Shown: in pieces, positions 17,541 to 26,170 of the stretch
Layout: every line of letters begins with the position of its first letter
Position numbering within the stretch: the first letter of the stretch is position 1
Assembly: GCA_964532395.1 (NCBI GenBank)
Contig: CAZHHS010000001.1
Location: 1 to 42,531 of the forward strand
Source: an uncultured Desulfobacterales bacterium
GTDB taxonomy: Bacteria; Desulfobacterota; Desulfobacteria; Desulfobacterales; C00003060
DNA: 42,531 nt
Direction of reading: 5' to 3'
Notes under the pieces: generated by a model
What the model was told of the DNA's origin: nothing
Database searches by the model: none
The model's input: the letters and a program-made list of their open reading frames with translations, nothing else
Position numbers and translations under genes: made by a program

Positions 17541-18026
17541 ATGGCGGAAAAGCGTATAAAAGATTTAATGCTTTCTCTGGAAGCCTTTTCGCATATATCC
17601 CCCCAAGAAAAGGTCGGTCATGCCGTCAAGGTTTTAGAAACCAGAAAGCAACAGGGGTTGCCCGCTTTTTTGTTGGTGGTGGAAGTGATCGATCAGAAAG
17701 AAGAAATTCTCGGAATGTTGTCACCCGAAACGCTCCTCAGTCACATGGAGTCTTCCCGAGAGCCGACGGAGGAACTCCCCATATTCTGGCAGGGTCAGTT
17801 TCAGGAGGAATGTGAGGCTGTTTTCGGTAACGCCATCGCGGATGTGATGTCTCCGGTTACGCGGGTCATCCACGGGACCGGTACCTTAACGGAGGCGGTT
17901 CATCTGATGCACTTACAGGGCACGGATTGGCTTCCCGTGGTTGCCGAACAATCGGTGGTGGGCATAATCTTGAAAGACGCCCTGATTGAAGAGGTGTTCC
18001 AGGCCGCAAAGGCTGTGGCGGCCTGA
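17541..18026 (+). CDS. CBS-pair domain protein
   Basis: 161 aa from ATG 17541. Two CBS-like repeats (IKDLM...ILGMLSPETLL and IADVMSP...VVGIILKDALIE). Confidence 0.65.
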   Translation: MAEKRIKDLMLSLEAFSHISPQEKVGHAVKVLETRKQQGLPAFLLVVEVIDQKEEILGMLSPETLLSHMESSREPTEELPIFWQGQFQEECEAVFGNAIADVMSPVTRVIHGTGTLTEAVHLMHLQGTDWLPVVAEQSVVGIILKDALIEEVFQAAKAVAA

Positions 18027-18119
18027 TCGGGCCAAAAATTGATGGTTTTTTTAACGAGCCTGTCCTTTGTGGCTGGGATAACCATTTGATTTTGTGCAAA
18101 TCAAGGCGGAAACCAATGG

Positions 18120-18138
18120 GAATTGTCCTTGACAATTC
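18120..18138. promoter_or_regulatory. perfect 8-3-8 palindrome GAATTGTC-CTT-GACAATTC (candidate operator)
   Basis: Read directly from the sequence. It overlaps a TTGACA hexamer (18129-18134) about 90 nt upstream of the REC gene ATG at 18225. Confidence 0.4.
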
Positions 18139-18224
18139 GATATCGGACTGATAACGGGTATGCTGATCAAATGGCATCAAAGGCCGATAACGGACCTAAT
18201 TCCAACCTGAAGGAGACAGGATCT

Positions 18225-18719
18225 ATGAGCGAGAAATCAACCATTCGAGTTCTTTTGGTGGATGACGAAGAAACCTTGATTGAGTACCTTTCCAAGCGGC
18301 TTTTGAGGCAAGGGTTGACAGTCAAGGCAGCCTTTTCGGGAGAAGAGGCCATTGAGGCGGCAAAGGAAACGAACTTCGACGTGGCGGTGGTGGATCTCAA
18401 AATGCCGGGGATGGATGGCGTGGAAACGCAGCGAAAACTCAAAGAAATTCAACCCTTTATTCAGTGTATTGTGCTGACCGGACACGGGTCGATTGACTCG
18501 GCTCTGGAGAGTGGCCAAGAAGACGCCTTTAATTATCTCCTCAAGCCGGTCGATCATGACAAACTGGTTGCCGCCATTAAGGATGCCTACAATAAGAAAG
18601 TAGAAATACAGGACAAGAAGTTTAGAGAACAAGTAGAAGAGCTTTACGCTTCGGGGCTAGGCGCCCATGGCATTCGAAAGGCGATTGCTGAGCTACGCAA
18701 AATCTATGGAATCGACTAG
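18225..18719 (+). CDS. single-domain response regulator (receiver)
   Basis: 164 aa from ATG 18225, with GAAGGAGA RBS. Motifs VLLVDDEE, AVVDLKMPGMDG, VLTGHG and LLKP. Confidence 0.85.
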   Translation: MSEKSTIRVLLVDDEETLIEYLSKRLLRQGLTVKAAFSGEEAIEAAKETNFDVAVVDLKMPGMDGVETQRKLKEIQPFIQCIVLTGHGSIDSALESGQEDAFNYLLKPVDHDKLVAAIKDAYNKKVEIQDKKFREQVEELYASGLGAHGIRKAIAELRKIYGID

Positions 18720-19860
18720 TTCGGTATCAGATGAATTAAGAAAGCTTGCCAGAGAGGTTGCCAGCTATAAGGTAGAGCTGGACCAGACCCGGAAATATCT
18801 CCATTCTGTTTTACAAAATTCCACCGACATGATTTTCATGACGGAAGTGACCGGTTTGGTCGTATCCTTCAGCAAAGGGGCGGAAAACTCCCTGGGGTAC
18901 ACCATGGAAGAGGTAATCGGCCGACCGGTCCGAGATTTGGCTCACGATCCGGATGCCTTTGAAGCCTTGATGGAGCAGTGTCAGAAGGATGGCAATGCCA
19001 GTTGTGCCGGCGTGATCTTTCGCCACAAAGACGGACGGCCGGTGGATTGCCATGTCTGTTTGATGGAACTGATCAACCGGAAAAACAATAGAGTCGGCAC
19101 GATCGGTGTGTGTCAGGACGTAACGCATTGGAAGAAGCTTCAGGAAGACCTGGTACAAATTGACCGCTTGGCGGAAATGGGTCGGATGGCTTCCGGTGTG
19201 GCCCATGAAATCAACAATCCACTGGCGATAATTAATGAGGCTTCCGGGTGGGCTGAAGAAATAATCGGTGATACCGAAGGGCTAAAACCGGAGGATCGTC
19301 AAGAGCTGCTGGATACCGTCCACAAAATCAACGCTCAGACCAAGCGCTGCCGAAACATTACTCACAAGCTACTTGATTTCGTACGAGATTCGGCGCCGTC
19401 CAAGATCGAACTGGATGTCCATGCCCTACTTCGGGAGACCGTGGAGCTGCTGCGATCGGAGCTTAAACATACCGGTGTCGAGGTCAAATTTGATTTCCCC
19501 GAAACGCCGCTTTCCGTCGTTTCCGATCCGAGGTTGTTGGAACAGGTGTTTGTCAATCTGATTACCAACGCGATTCACGCGGTTTCGGAAAATCGGGAAG
19601 CCGGCGGCTATGTCAGGTTAACCACGGCACGTGTCGACTCCAAGATTGAAATACGTATCGAAGATAACGGCGGGGGAATACCCAAAGCCATACAGTCTGA
19701 TGTGTTTAGCCTCTTTTATACGACGAAACCTCCCGGAAAAGGAACCGGCCTGGGATTATCCATTTGCCAAAACATTATCAATAACCTGGGGGGAACCATC
19801 GGGTTCGAGAGCCGGGAAGGGCAGGGGACGACCTTTTTCGTAACCCTCCCCGGCGTCTGA
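18706..19860 (+). CDS. PAS sensor histidine kinase (NtrB-like HisKA)
   Basis: 384 aa from ATG 18706 (alternative in-frame ATG at 18667). A PAS block, H-box ASGVAHEINNPLAII, and N/G boxes NLITNAIHA, DNGGGI and GTGLGLSIC. No TM segment. Confidence 0.85.
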   Translation: MESTSSVSDELRKLAREVASYKVELDQTRKYLHSVLQNSTDMIFMTEVTGLVVSFSKGAENSLGYTMEEVIGRPVRDLAHDPDAFEALMEQCQKDGNASCAGVIFRHKDGRPVDCHVCLMELINRKNNRVGTIGVCQDVTHWKKLQEDLVQIDRLAEMGRMASGVAHEINNPLAIINEASGWAEEIIGDTEGLKPEDRQELLDTVHKINAQTKRCRNITHKLLDFVRDSAPSKIELDVHALLRETVELLRSELKHTGVEVKFDFPETPLSVVSDPRLLEQVFVNLITNAIHAVSENREAGGYVRLTTARVDSKIEIRIEDNGGGIPKAIQSDVFSLFYTTKPPGKGTGLGLSICQNIINNLGGTIGFESREGQGTTFFVTLPGV

Positions 19861-19893
19861 TGCGAACAAACGCTGACGAGGGTGCCTTTTCGT

Positions 19894-20361
19894 TCAAGCC
19901 TGTGAACCGCCGTTTTCCTGCACGTTATACCGTTCCAGGGTTTCTTGGATGCGCTGTTCTTGTGCCCTTTTTTTCTCGTATGCGGCATTGATTGCAGCTA
20001 CCAGATCGGCCGTATCGCAGGGTTTTCGCAGATAGTCATACGCCCCGAGTTTCATCCCCTCAATGCCCGACTCCAGGGAGGCATGCCCGGTGAGCATGAT
20101 TACCTCGGCCAGTGGGGTTATTCGTTTAATCTCCCGCAAGGTTTCTATGCCGTCGATCCCGGGAAGCAGCACATCGAGAACGATGACATCAAAGGTGTGG
20201 CGTCCCGCCTTTTCCAGAGCCTCCTCGCCGGAAAGGCATGTGGTTACCTCATAACCGCGATTGATCAGCCGTCGGGAGAGATATTCCAGGTACATTTCCT
20301 CGTCGTCGACGAGCAACAGTCTGGGGCTGGCATTTGGTTTTGCTGAGGCCATCAGTTCCAA
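19894..20361 (-). CDS. single-domain response regulator (receiver)
   Basis: 155 aa. The TTG start at 20359-20361 has a GGGGAG RBS 6 nt upstream; an alternative ATG lies at 20350-20352. Motifs LLLVDDEE, IVLDVLLPGIDG, MLTGHA and YLRKP. Confidence 0.8.
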   Translation of the reverse strand: MELMASAKPNASPRLLLVDDEEMYLEYLSRRLINRGYEVTTCLSGEEALEKAGRHTFDVIVLDVLLPGIDGIETLREIKRITPLAEVIMLTGHASLESGIEGMKLGAYDYLRKPCDTADLVAAINAAYEKKRAQEQRIQETLERYNVQENGGSQA

Positions 20362-20494
20362 TAGTGACTCCCCGCCTGTCCGGCCGCCTGTCGGATAAGT
20401 CCCTTTTTCCCGCCGGGTGAGCGGTTTTGAGGCGTCTCGGGTCTGAGTGTGGACTGTTCTTTCTTAAGACGGATGTGTACAGGGTGTCTTGTTG

Positions 20495-21577
20495 TCATCT
20501 ATCACTCACTGCGGCGTCCCTGGCCCTTTTCCGTTGAAACTTGATATTATAATCACTCATTTTCTGCCTCAATGTGCGCGGCTTGATTTCTAAAAGTTGC
20601 GCTGCGGCAGCCCGCCGTCCTTTGGTGATTTCCAAGGCGCGAATAATCATGGTTTTTTCGATTCGCTGCCGGGCCGTGCGCAGCGGTTCCACACCGCCGG
20701 GAATGGGATGATCGGTGGCGCCTTCACCCGGATGGTCCGGCGAGGAGGTCTCCGACGCCTCCTGTTGGGAGACGGCGGATGTAAGTTCTTCCGGAAAATC
20801 GTCCGGTGTGACCCATGTCTTTGGGGCCATCAAAGACAAGCGTTCCATCAGGTTCTTGAGTTGACGGATGTTGCCGGGCCACTCGTAATTCACCAGGTAT
20901 TTAACGGCGTCATCGCTGAGCGTGATCTTCTCTTTCTGGTATATTTTAGCAAAGCGTTCCGTAAAATATGCCACCAAATGGGGGATGGCCTCTTTCCGCT
21001 TTCTCAACGGCAACAGGTTGATAGGAATGACCTGTAGCCGATAGTAGAGGTCTTTCCTGAAGTGTCCGGTCTCTACCGATTCGGCCAGATTTTTGTTTGT
21101 TGCGGCGATGATCCGTACATCCACCTGTGTGGGAGCTTCGCCGCCGATTCTGCGAAAGCACCCGTCTTCCAACACACGAAGAAAGTTTGCCTGGTTGGGT
21201 GGGGAGATTTCCGAAACCTCATCGAGAAAAAGCGTCCCTCGGTGGGCCTGTTCAAATCTGCCTTTTGTGCGTTTGGTGGCCCCCGTAAAGGCACCCACTT
21301 CGTGGCCGAAGAGTTTGCTCTCAAACAATTCCCCGGAAAGTGTACCACAGTTTACGGGTACAAAGGGTTTGTCTTTACGCCCACTCTTTTGGTGCACAAT
21401 ACGTGCCAGCAGTTCTTTTCCTGTTCCCGACTCCCCGTATATCAACACGTTGGCATCAAAACGGGCAATCTGTTGAACCGCTTTCATGACGGCGCGCATG
21501 TGCGCGCTGACCACGACGAACTCAGGAAAAAGGTCCGGTTCTATCTGGCCGTGCAGGGCGACCTGCTGAGGGCTCAT
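20495..21577 (-). CDS. sigma-54-dependent transcriptional activator (bEBP) without N-terminal regulatory domain
   Basis: 360 aa. Walker A GESGTGKE, GAFTGA loop (GHEVGAFTGA), Walker B LFLDEV and a C-terminal Fis-type HTH (AAAQLLEIKPRTLRQKMSDYNI). Only about 25 aa precede the AAA+ core. Confidence 0.85.
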   Translation of the reverse strand: MSPQQVALHGQIEPDLFPEFVVVSAHMRAVMKAVQQIARFDANVLIYGESGTGKELLARIVHQKSGRKDKPFVPVNCGTLSGELFESKLFGHEVGAFTGATKRTKGRFEQAHRGTLFLDEVSEISPPNQANFLRVLEDGCFRRIGGEAPTQVDVRIIAATNKNLAESVETGHFRKDLYYRLQVIPINLLPLRKRKEAIPHLVAYFTERFAKIYQKEKITLSDDAVKYLVNYEWPGNIRQLKNLMERLSLMAPKTWVTPDDFPEELTSAVSQQEASETSSPDHPGEGATDHPIPGGVEPLRTARQRIEKTMIIRALEITKGRRAAAAQLLEIKPRTLRQKMSDYNIKFQRKRARDAAVSDR

Positions 21578-21683
21578 TGTCTACCTCCGCCAATTTGGGA
21601 GCCTTGAATTCGATCTTGGTGAGCAGCCTATGGGCCGCGTTTCCTGGTCGAGTAAAATCTCCACGTTTTCGATCCACCCAATC

Positions 21684-21712
21684 TGCCGGTTCAGGCTTGT
21701 ATCAAACCGGCA
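21684..21712. promoter_or_regulatory. inverted repeat TGCCGGTT-N13-AACCGGCA (second candidate bEBP site)
   Basis: 8-bp perfect arms. Their outer ends contain the half-site CTGCCG/CGGCA also present in the 16-nt motif. It lies about 150 bp upstream of the -24 element at 21853. Confidence 0.35.
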
Positions 21713-21747
21713 TAAAAATGTCAATTTATCACTGTCGCAATTGCTAT

Positions 21748-21763
21748 GGGCAAAAAACTGCCG
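21748..21763. promoter_or_regulatory. candidate enhancer (UAS) palindrome GGGCAAAAAACTGCCG
   Basis: 15 of 16 identical to the reverse complement of 17367-17382. Its centre lies about 99 bp upstream of the GG of the sigma-54 promoter at 21853. Confidence 0.55.
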
Positions 21764-21852
21764 ACGCAGATAATCGGCTTTCGCCGCTCCGGACGATAAT
21801 TAAAAGCGCGATATTAGGGTGTTGTAGCCCCCAGGAAGCGGACGGGTACCAT

Positions 21853-21868
21853 TGGCACATGACTTGCT
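21853..21868 (+). promoter_or_regulatory. sigma-54 (-24/-12) promoter of the Mrp-type operon
   Basis: TGGCACatgacTTGCT is a perfect TGGCAC-N5-TTGCW. It lies about 90 nt upstream of the mrpE-like GTG at 21960 and is divergent from the bEBP gene. Confidence 0.75.
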
Positions 21869-21959
21869 CAAAGGGATCATCGACGGTGTTCCTGAAAGCC
21901 GTAGATGGTCAATGTCCAGATCCGATACCTTTTGAAGATCCTAGGCAGGAGAAGGGAAG

Positions 21960-22544
21960 GTGCACGTGGACAAGTCAGATCCGAAAAACAGGATCGGGCC
22001 CGAACCTCCCGGGGAAAAAACAGGCACAAGCGAAACGCAACCGTCCAGCAGACTCCATGTTGACTCCTTCATCCTTACCTTTGTTATCATGTTCGCCATC
22101 TGGATACTTCTGTCCGGGAAATTCGACGGCTTTCATTTGAGTTTGGGCCTTATCTCCTGTGCCATCGTGGCTTACCTCTCATCGGATCTACTCTTTTCCC
22201 CCCATGCCCGACAAAACCGCTTTTCGCAGTGGGTGCGTTTCATTCGGTACATCCCGTGGCTGTTGATACAGGTCTTTAAGGCGAGCTTCCATGTTACGTA
22301 CCTGGTATTTCACCCCCGGATGATGGAACTCATCGACCCAAAGATTATTAAGTTTCGCAGTCACCTCAAAAGGGATTTGGCGCTGGTTGCATTTGCCAAT
22401 TCGATTACGCTCACCCCGGGTACAATTACCGTTTATGTGTCAATCGACGGCGATTTTAAGGTGCACGCCATCGACCCGGCTTCCGGGGATCCTCTGCCGG
22501 GAGAAATGGAAACCCGGGTGGCTCGGGCGTTCAACGAGGTCTGA
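21960..22544 (+). CDS. mrpE: Mrp/Mnh antiporter-type subunit E
   Basis: 194 aa, GTG start after GGAGAAGGGAAGG. The FAIWILLSGKFD...LGLISC core and length fit MnhE. It is first in an E-F-G-B-C-D ordered cluster. Confidence 0.6.
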   Translation: MHVDKSDPKNRIGPEPPGEKTGTSETQPSSRLHVDSFILTFVIMFAIWILLSGKFDGFHLSLGLISCAIVAYLSSDLLFSPHARQNRFSQWVRFIRYIPWLLIQVFKASFHVTYLVFHPRMMELIDPKIIKFRSHLKRDLALVAFANSITLTPGTITVYVSIDGDFKVHAIDPASGDPLPGEMETRVARAFNEV

Positions 22545-22545
22545 T

Positions 22546-22824
22546 ATGGACACGTTCTTTTTGTTTTCCGGCTTATACATGGCCTTTCTCATGATCCTCT
22601 CTCTTTACAGGGGTGTCTTCGGTCCCACGGTGGCGGATCGGATGATCGGTGTCAACGCCATAGGAAGCAAGACGACGGTTTTGCTGATTTTGATCGGGTT
22701 CATGTATCATCGCGTAGAGATGTTTGTCGATATTGCTCTTGCCTACGCCATGTTAAACTTTATCGCCGTATTGGCGGCTTCAAGGTATTTTCAGAAACGC
22801 AAAGGATTATACGATGAGGCCTAG
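22546..22824 (+). CDS. mrpF: Mrp/Mnh subunit F
   Basis: 92 aa from ATG 22546, 1 nt after the upstream stop. Three TM helices. The RGVFGPTVADRMIGVNAIGSKT motif region is typical of MnhF/PhaF. Confidence 0.7.
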   Translation: MDTFFLFSGLYMAFLMILSLYRGVFGPTVADRMIGVNAIGSKTTVLLILIGFMYHRVEMFVDIALAYAMLNFIAVLAASRYFQKRKGLYDEA

Positions 22825-22854
22825 GATCTCAAATTCCGTCATGGGGAGGGGGCA

Positions 22855-23181
22855 ATGATGGATGTAATTGTGGTTGTGCTTCTGCTTGCCGGGCTTTTCT
22901 TTTTTACCGGCGGCGCCATCGGCATACTCCGGTTTCCCGATTTTTACTCCAGACTTCATCCCGCCGGTAAGCTGGACACGCTGGGCCTTTTTTTGTCAAT
23001 GACCGGTCTTGCTTTGTTCGGCCTTCATCACTTTTCGCTGGGTGCCTTACTGACCAGTATAAAGATTATGCTGATCGTCGTTTTTGTCTTTCTGGCCAGC
23101 CCGACAGCCACTCACGCCATTGTGGACGCCGGTGTCAGGGCGGGTCTTGAACCGTGGGTCAAAGGAGAAGAGAGGAGGTAG
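22855..23181 (+). CDS. mrpG: Mrp/Mnh subunit G
   Basis: 108 aa. GAIGILRFPDFYSRLHPAGKLDTLG is the characteristic MnhG/PhaG N-terminal motif. Confidence 0.75.
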   Translation: MMDVIVVVLLLAGLFFFTGGAIGILRFPDFYSRLHPAGKLDTLGLFLSMTGLALFGLHHFSLGALLTSIKIMLIVVFVFLASPTATHAIVDAGVRAGLEPWVKGEERR

Positions 23182-23185
23182 CCCT

Positions 23186-23431
23186 GTGCTGTGGCAACTT
23201 GACTTGGCGATTCTCACCCTGGTGGTCATTGCCGCCGTCGGGTCTTTGATGGTCAAGGATCTCCTGGGAGCCGCCATACTCTTCGGGGCCTATAGTTTCA
23301 TGATGTGTCTGCTTTGGACCATTATGGGAGCGGTGGATGTTGCCTTTACCGAGGCTTCGGTAGGGGCCGGCGTGAGTACGGTTTTTTTCGTTGCGGCCGT
23401 ATTCCGAACCACAAGGAGGACGAAAGATTGA
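23186..23431 (+). CDS. MbhD/DUF4040-like small membrane subunit (MrpB-N/MrpA-C related)
   Basis: 81 aa from GTG 23186, with GGAGG at 23174-23178. Three hydrophobic helices. Its position between G and B matches Mbh/Mbx-type clusters. Confidence 0.5.
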   Translation: MLWQLDLAILTLVVIAAVGSLMVKDLLGAAILFGAYSFMMCLLWTIMGAVDVAFTEASVGAGVSTVFFVAAVFRTTRRTKD

Positions 23432-24258
23432 AATTTCTAGGACTGGTCATTGCCCTTATAACAGGCGTCTTTTTGGTCTATGCGGCGGTGGACTTTCCCG
23501 ACTGGGCGGATCCCGAGTCGCCGGCCAGTACCCATGTTTCACCCCATTTCATCGAAAAGACCATGGAGGAAACCTCTGTTCCCAATATCGTTACCGCCGT
23601 CCTGGCCGACTACCGTACCTTTGACACCATGTTTGAGGCCACGGTCATTTTTTCGGCCGCCGTGGTCTGCTTCTTCGTATTGCGCACCTTCCTCAAAAAA
23701 GAGGAGCGCGAGGAAAGGCTATACCGGCACGTCCTGACAGGGGTGACGATTCGGGTGAAAGAAGGGGGGAGAATACCGCCGTCAGACGATTTTGAACGAA
23801 TCGACGATTCCTGGATTCCTCACGACCTGATTATCAAGACCATATGCCGTTTGATGGTACCCTTTATTCAGATCTTTGCTCTCTATGTCGTCGCCCACGG
23901 TCATCACAGTCCCGGCGGTGGTTTCCAGGGCGGCGTTATTTTGGGGGCCAGCGTGATCGTACTGGCCATGTCCCATGATTTGCGCACGACGCTCCAGCGA
24001 ATGCGGGAAAAGGTCGTCGGCATTTTGTGTGCCGTAGGGGTCTTGCTTTATGCAGGTACGGGAGCCTTGTGTTTGTTGCTGGGCATGAACTTCCTTGATT
24101 ACAGCGCCCTGGCTCCTATCCTCGGGGTGGGTCCCGTAACCGCGCGATCCCATGGCATTCTGATCGTTGAGATAGGTGTGGCCATTGCGGTGATGACGGC
24201 CATGGTATGGATATACAATAATGTGTCGTCGAGGGGTAATTATAATGAGGGGCTCTAA
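23428..24258 (+). CDS. mrpB: Mrp/Mnh subunit B-like (MbhE+MbhF-like)
   Basis: 276 aa from TTG 23428, with AAGGAGGA RBS, overlapping the upstream stop. PNIVTAVLADYRTFDTMFE and VVAHGHHSPGGGFQGGVILGA are MnhB-domain hallmarks. Confidence 0.7.
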   Translation: MKFLGLVIALITGVFLVYAAVDFPDWADPESPASTHVSPHFIEKTMEETSVPNIVTAVLADYRTFDTMFEATVIFSAAVVCFFVLRTFLKKEEREERLYRHVLTGVTIRVKEGGRIPPSDDFERIDDSWIPHDLIIKTICRLMVPFIQIFALYVVAHGHHSPGGGFQGGVILGASVIVLAMSHDLRTTLQRMREKVVGILCAVGVLLYAGTGALCLLLGMNFLDYSALAPILGVGPVTARSHGILIVEIGVAIAVMTAMVWIYNNVSSRGNYNEGL

Positions 24259-24261
24259 GTC

Positions 24262-24669
24262 ATGACTGATTTCGCCCAACTGGTAGTGGCAAAATACAAT
24301 TATTGGATCTACATTACGCTCATGATGATCGGCCTGTACGCAATCATCTCCAAGAATAATCTGGTCAAAAAGATCCTGGGCATGAACATCTTTCAAACAG
24401 CGATTATTCTTTTCTATGTCTCGATCGGGGCGAAAAAAGGGGCGACGATCCCTATTTTGGAACACGGCCACGGTCCGGCTCATGGGGCCGGTTCTCATGT
24501 GGTCCACGCGGCGGACTACATGAATCCCTTGCCTCATGTGCTCATGCTCACCGCCATCGTGGTCGGTGTGGCAACGTTGGGTGTGGCATTGGCCCTGGCC
24601 CTTAAGGTGTACAGGCATTACCATACCTTGGAAGAAGATGAAATCCTGGCCCAGATAAGGAAGAAATGA
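24262..24669 (+). CDS. mrpC: Mrp/Mnh subunit C (NuoK-like)
   Basis: 135 aa. IIS..NLVKKILGMNIFQTA and NPLPHVLMLTAIVVG are typical MnhC blocks. It carries an unusual His/Gly-rich loop. Confidence 0.75.
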   Translation: MTDFAQLVVAKYNYWIYITLMMIGLYAIISKNNLVKKILGMNIFQTAIILFYVSIGAKKGATIPILEHGHGPAHGAGSHVVHAADYMNPLPHVLMLTAIVVGVATLGVALALALKVYRHYHTLEEDEILAQIRKK

Positions 24670-26168
24670 GCACACAATATCCCGCACTCGTGGTTGTCGT
24701 TCCGCTCCTGTCGGCGTTTCTGATCAGCGCCGCCGGATGGGCCAACAAAAGGCTTTGCTTTCCCATCGCCGTGGTGGCTTTGGCTATATCCACCTATTCT
24801 TGCTTTGGACTGCTCGTCAGGGTGTTGAATGAGGGCGTCATCGTCTATCGATGGGCGGGATGGGATCCTCCCTGGGGAATCGCCTACTATGTGGATCACC
24901 TCAACGCGCTTGTCTTGACCGTTGTCGCCGTCGTTTCCCTCATCAACCTGGTAGCCACCAAAAAGAGCATAGACGAAGAGTTTCCGGACAAGTTGGGACC
25001 CTTTTATTCTCTGTATGTGCTTATGGTGACCGGCTGCTTAGGCATCGTTGCGACGGGCGATGCCTTTAACCTGTATGTGCTTTTGGAAATATCGGCTTTA
25101 ACGGGATATGGTCTTCTGGCCATGGGGAGCAAGGGCCGGGCGCCGCTGTCCACCCTTAACTATCTTTTTATGGGTACCATCGGGGCCTGCTTCTATCTTC
25201 TGGGCATCGGATATCTTTACATCGTAACAGGCTCTCTCAATATGGTCGACATAGCGGGAATATTGCCTTCTCTCTATCAGTCAAAGGCGGTAATGGCGGC
25301 TTTTATTATCTGTATGGTGGGCGTATGGCTGAAGATGGCCCTTTTCCCGCTTCATGCCTGGTTGCCCAATGCTTATACCTATGCCCCATCTGCGGCCAGC
25401 AGTCTGATTGCCCCGCTGGCAACCAAGGTAATGATCTACGTCATGATTCGTCTGATGCTCACGGTATTTACGCCGGAGTTTGCATTCACTGCTTTGTCGG
25501 TAAGCAACGCCGTGGTGTGGCTTGCGGTTATCGCTATCGTTGTGGGGGCGGTGTTGGCCCTACAGGAACGCAGCCTTAAAAAGATGTTGACCTATGTTAT
25601 CGTGGCTGAAGTCGGCTATATGGTGGGAGGCGCCTGGCTTGGAAACAGTGCGGGGATGACCGGAGCGATACTCCATATCGTAAATGACGCCCTAATGACA
25701 CTTTGCGTTTTCCTTGCTGTGGGAAATATTGTCTATAAGGCAAAAGGGCATTATTTTGAGGACCTTCAGGGCCTGTTCCGAAAGATGCCCTTTACTATGG
25801 GGGGCTTTGTGATCGGGGCCCTTTCCATTATTGGGGTGCCTCCGACATGCGGTTTTTTTAGCAAGTGGTATCTTATTTCAGGCGCCATTAAGGCCGGCCA
25901 GTATCATTTCATGGCAGCGCTTCTATTCAGCAGTTTGGTCTGCGTGGTTTTGTTCTTCCGGATTATAGAAATCGGCTACTATGAACCCTTCAGTGAAGAA
26001 CACGGACATGGTCACGATCACCATCAGGAAACTTCCATGGAGGAGGCGCCACTCGGCATGGTGGTTCCACTTTTAATTGTGGCCGCCGGATTGGTGGTGG
26101 TCGGACTATACACCGGTGACATCGTGGAGCATATCATCCGATTTGCCATACCGAAAGGTCTCGCTTAG
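24666..26168 (+). CDS. mrpD: antiporter-like subunit 1 (MrpD/NuoN-M family)
   Basis: 500 aa with about 14 TM helices. Proton_antipo_M-type core (LALQERSLKKMLTYVIVAEVGYM, HIVNDALMTLCVFL). ATGA overlap with mrpC. Confidence 0.8.
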   Translation: MSTQYPALVVVVPLLSAFLISAAGWANKRLCFPIAVVALAISTYSCFGLLVRVLNEGVIVYRWAGWDPPWGIAYYVDHLNALVLTVVAVVSLINLVATKKSIDEEFPDKLGPFYSLYVLMVTGCLGIVATGDAFNLYVLLEISALTGYGLLAMGSKGRAPLSTLNYLFMGTIGACFYLLGIGYLYIVTGSLNMVDIAGILPSLYQSKAVMAAFIICMVGVWLKMALFPLHAWLPNAYTYAPSAASSLIAPLATKVMIYVMIRLMLTVFTPEFAFTALSVSNAVVWLAVIAIVVGAVLALQERSLKKMLTYVIVAEVGYMVGGAWLGNSAGMTGAILHIVNDALMTLCVFLAVGNIVYKAKGHYFEDLQGLFRKMPFTMGGFVIGALSIIGVPPTCGFFSKWYLISGAIKAGQYHFMAALLFSSLVCVVLFFRIIEIGYYEPFSEEHGHGHDHHQETSMEEAPLGMVVPLLIVAAGLVVVGLYTGDIVEHIIRFAIPKGLA

Positions 26169-26170
26169 TA

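Noticed and set aside
18086-18104. TTGAT...ATCAA as an FNR/CRP-family box
   Set aside because: The spacing between the TTGAT and ATCAA half-sites is 9 nt rather than the 4 nt of FNR boxes. It is kept only as a generic palindrome.
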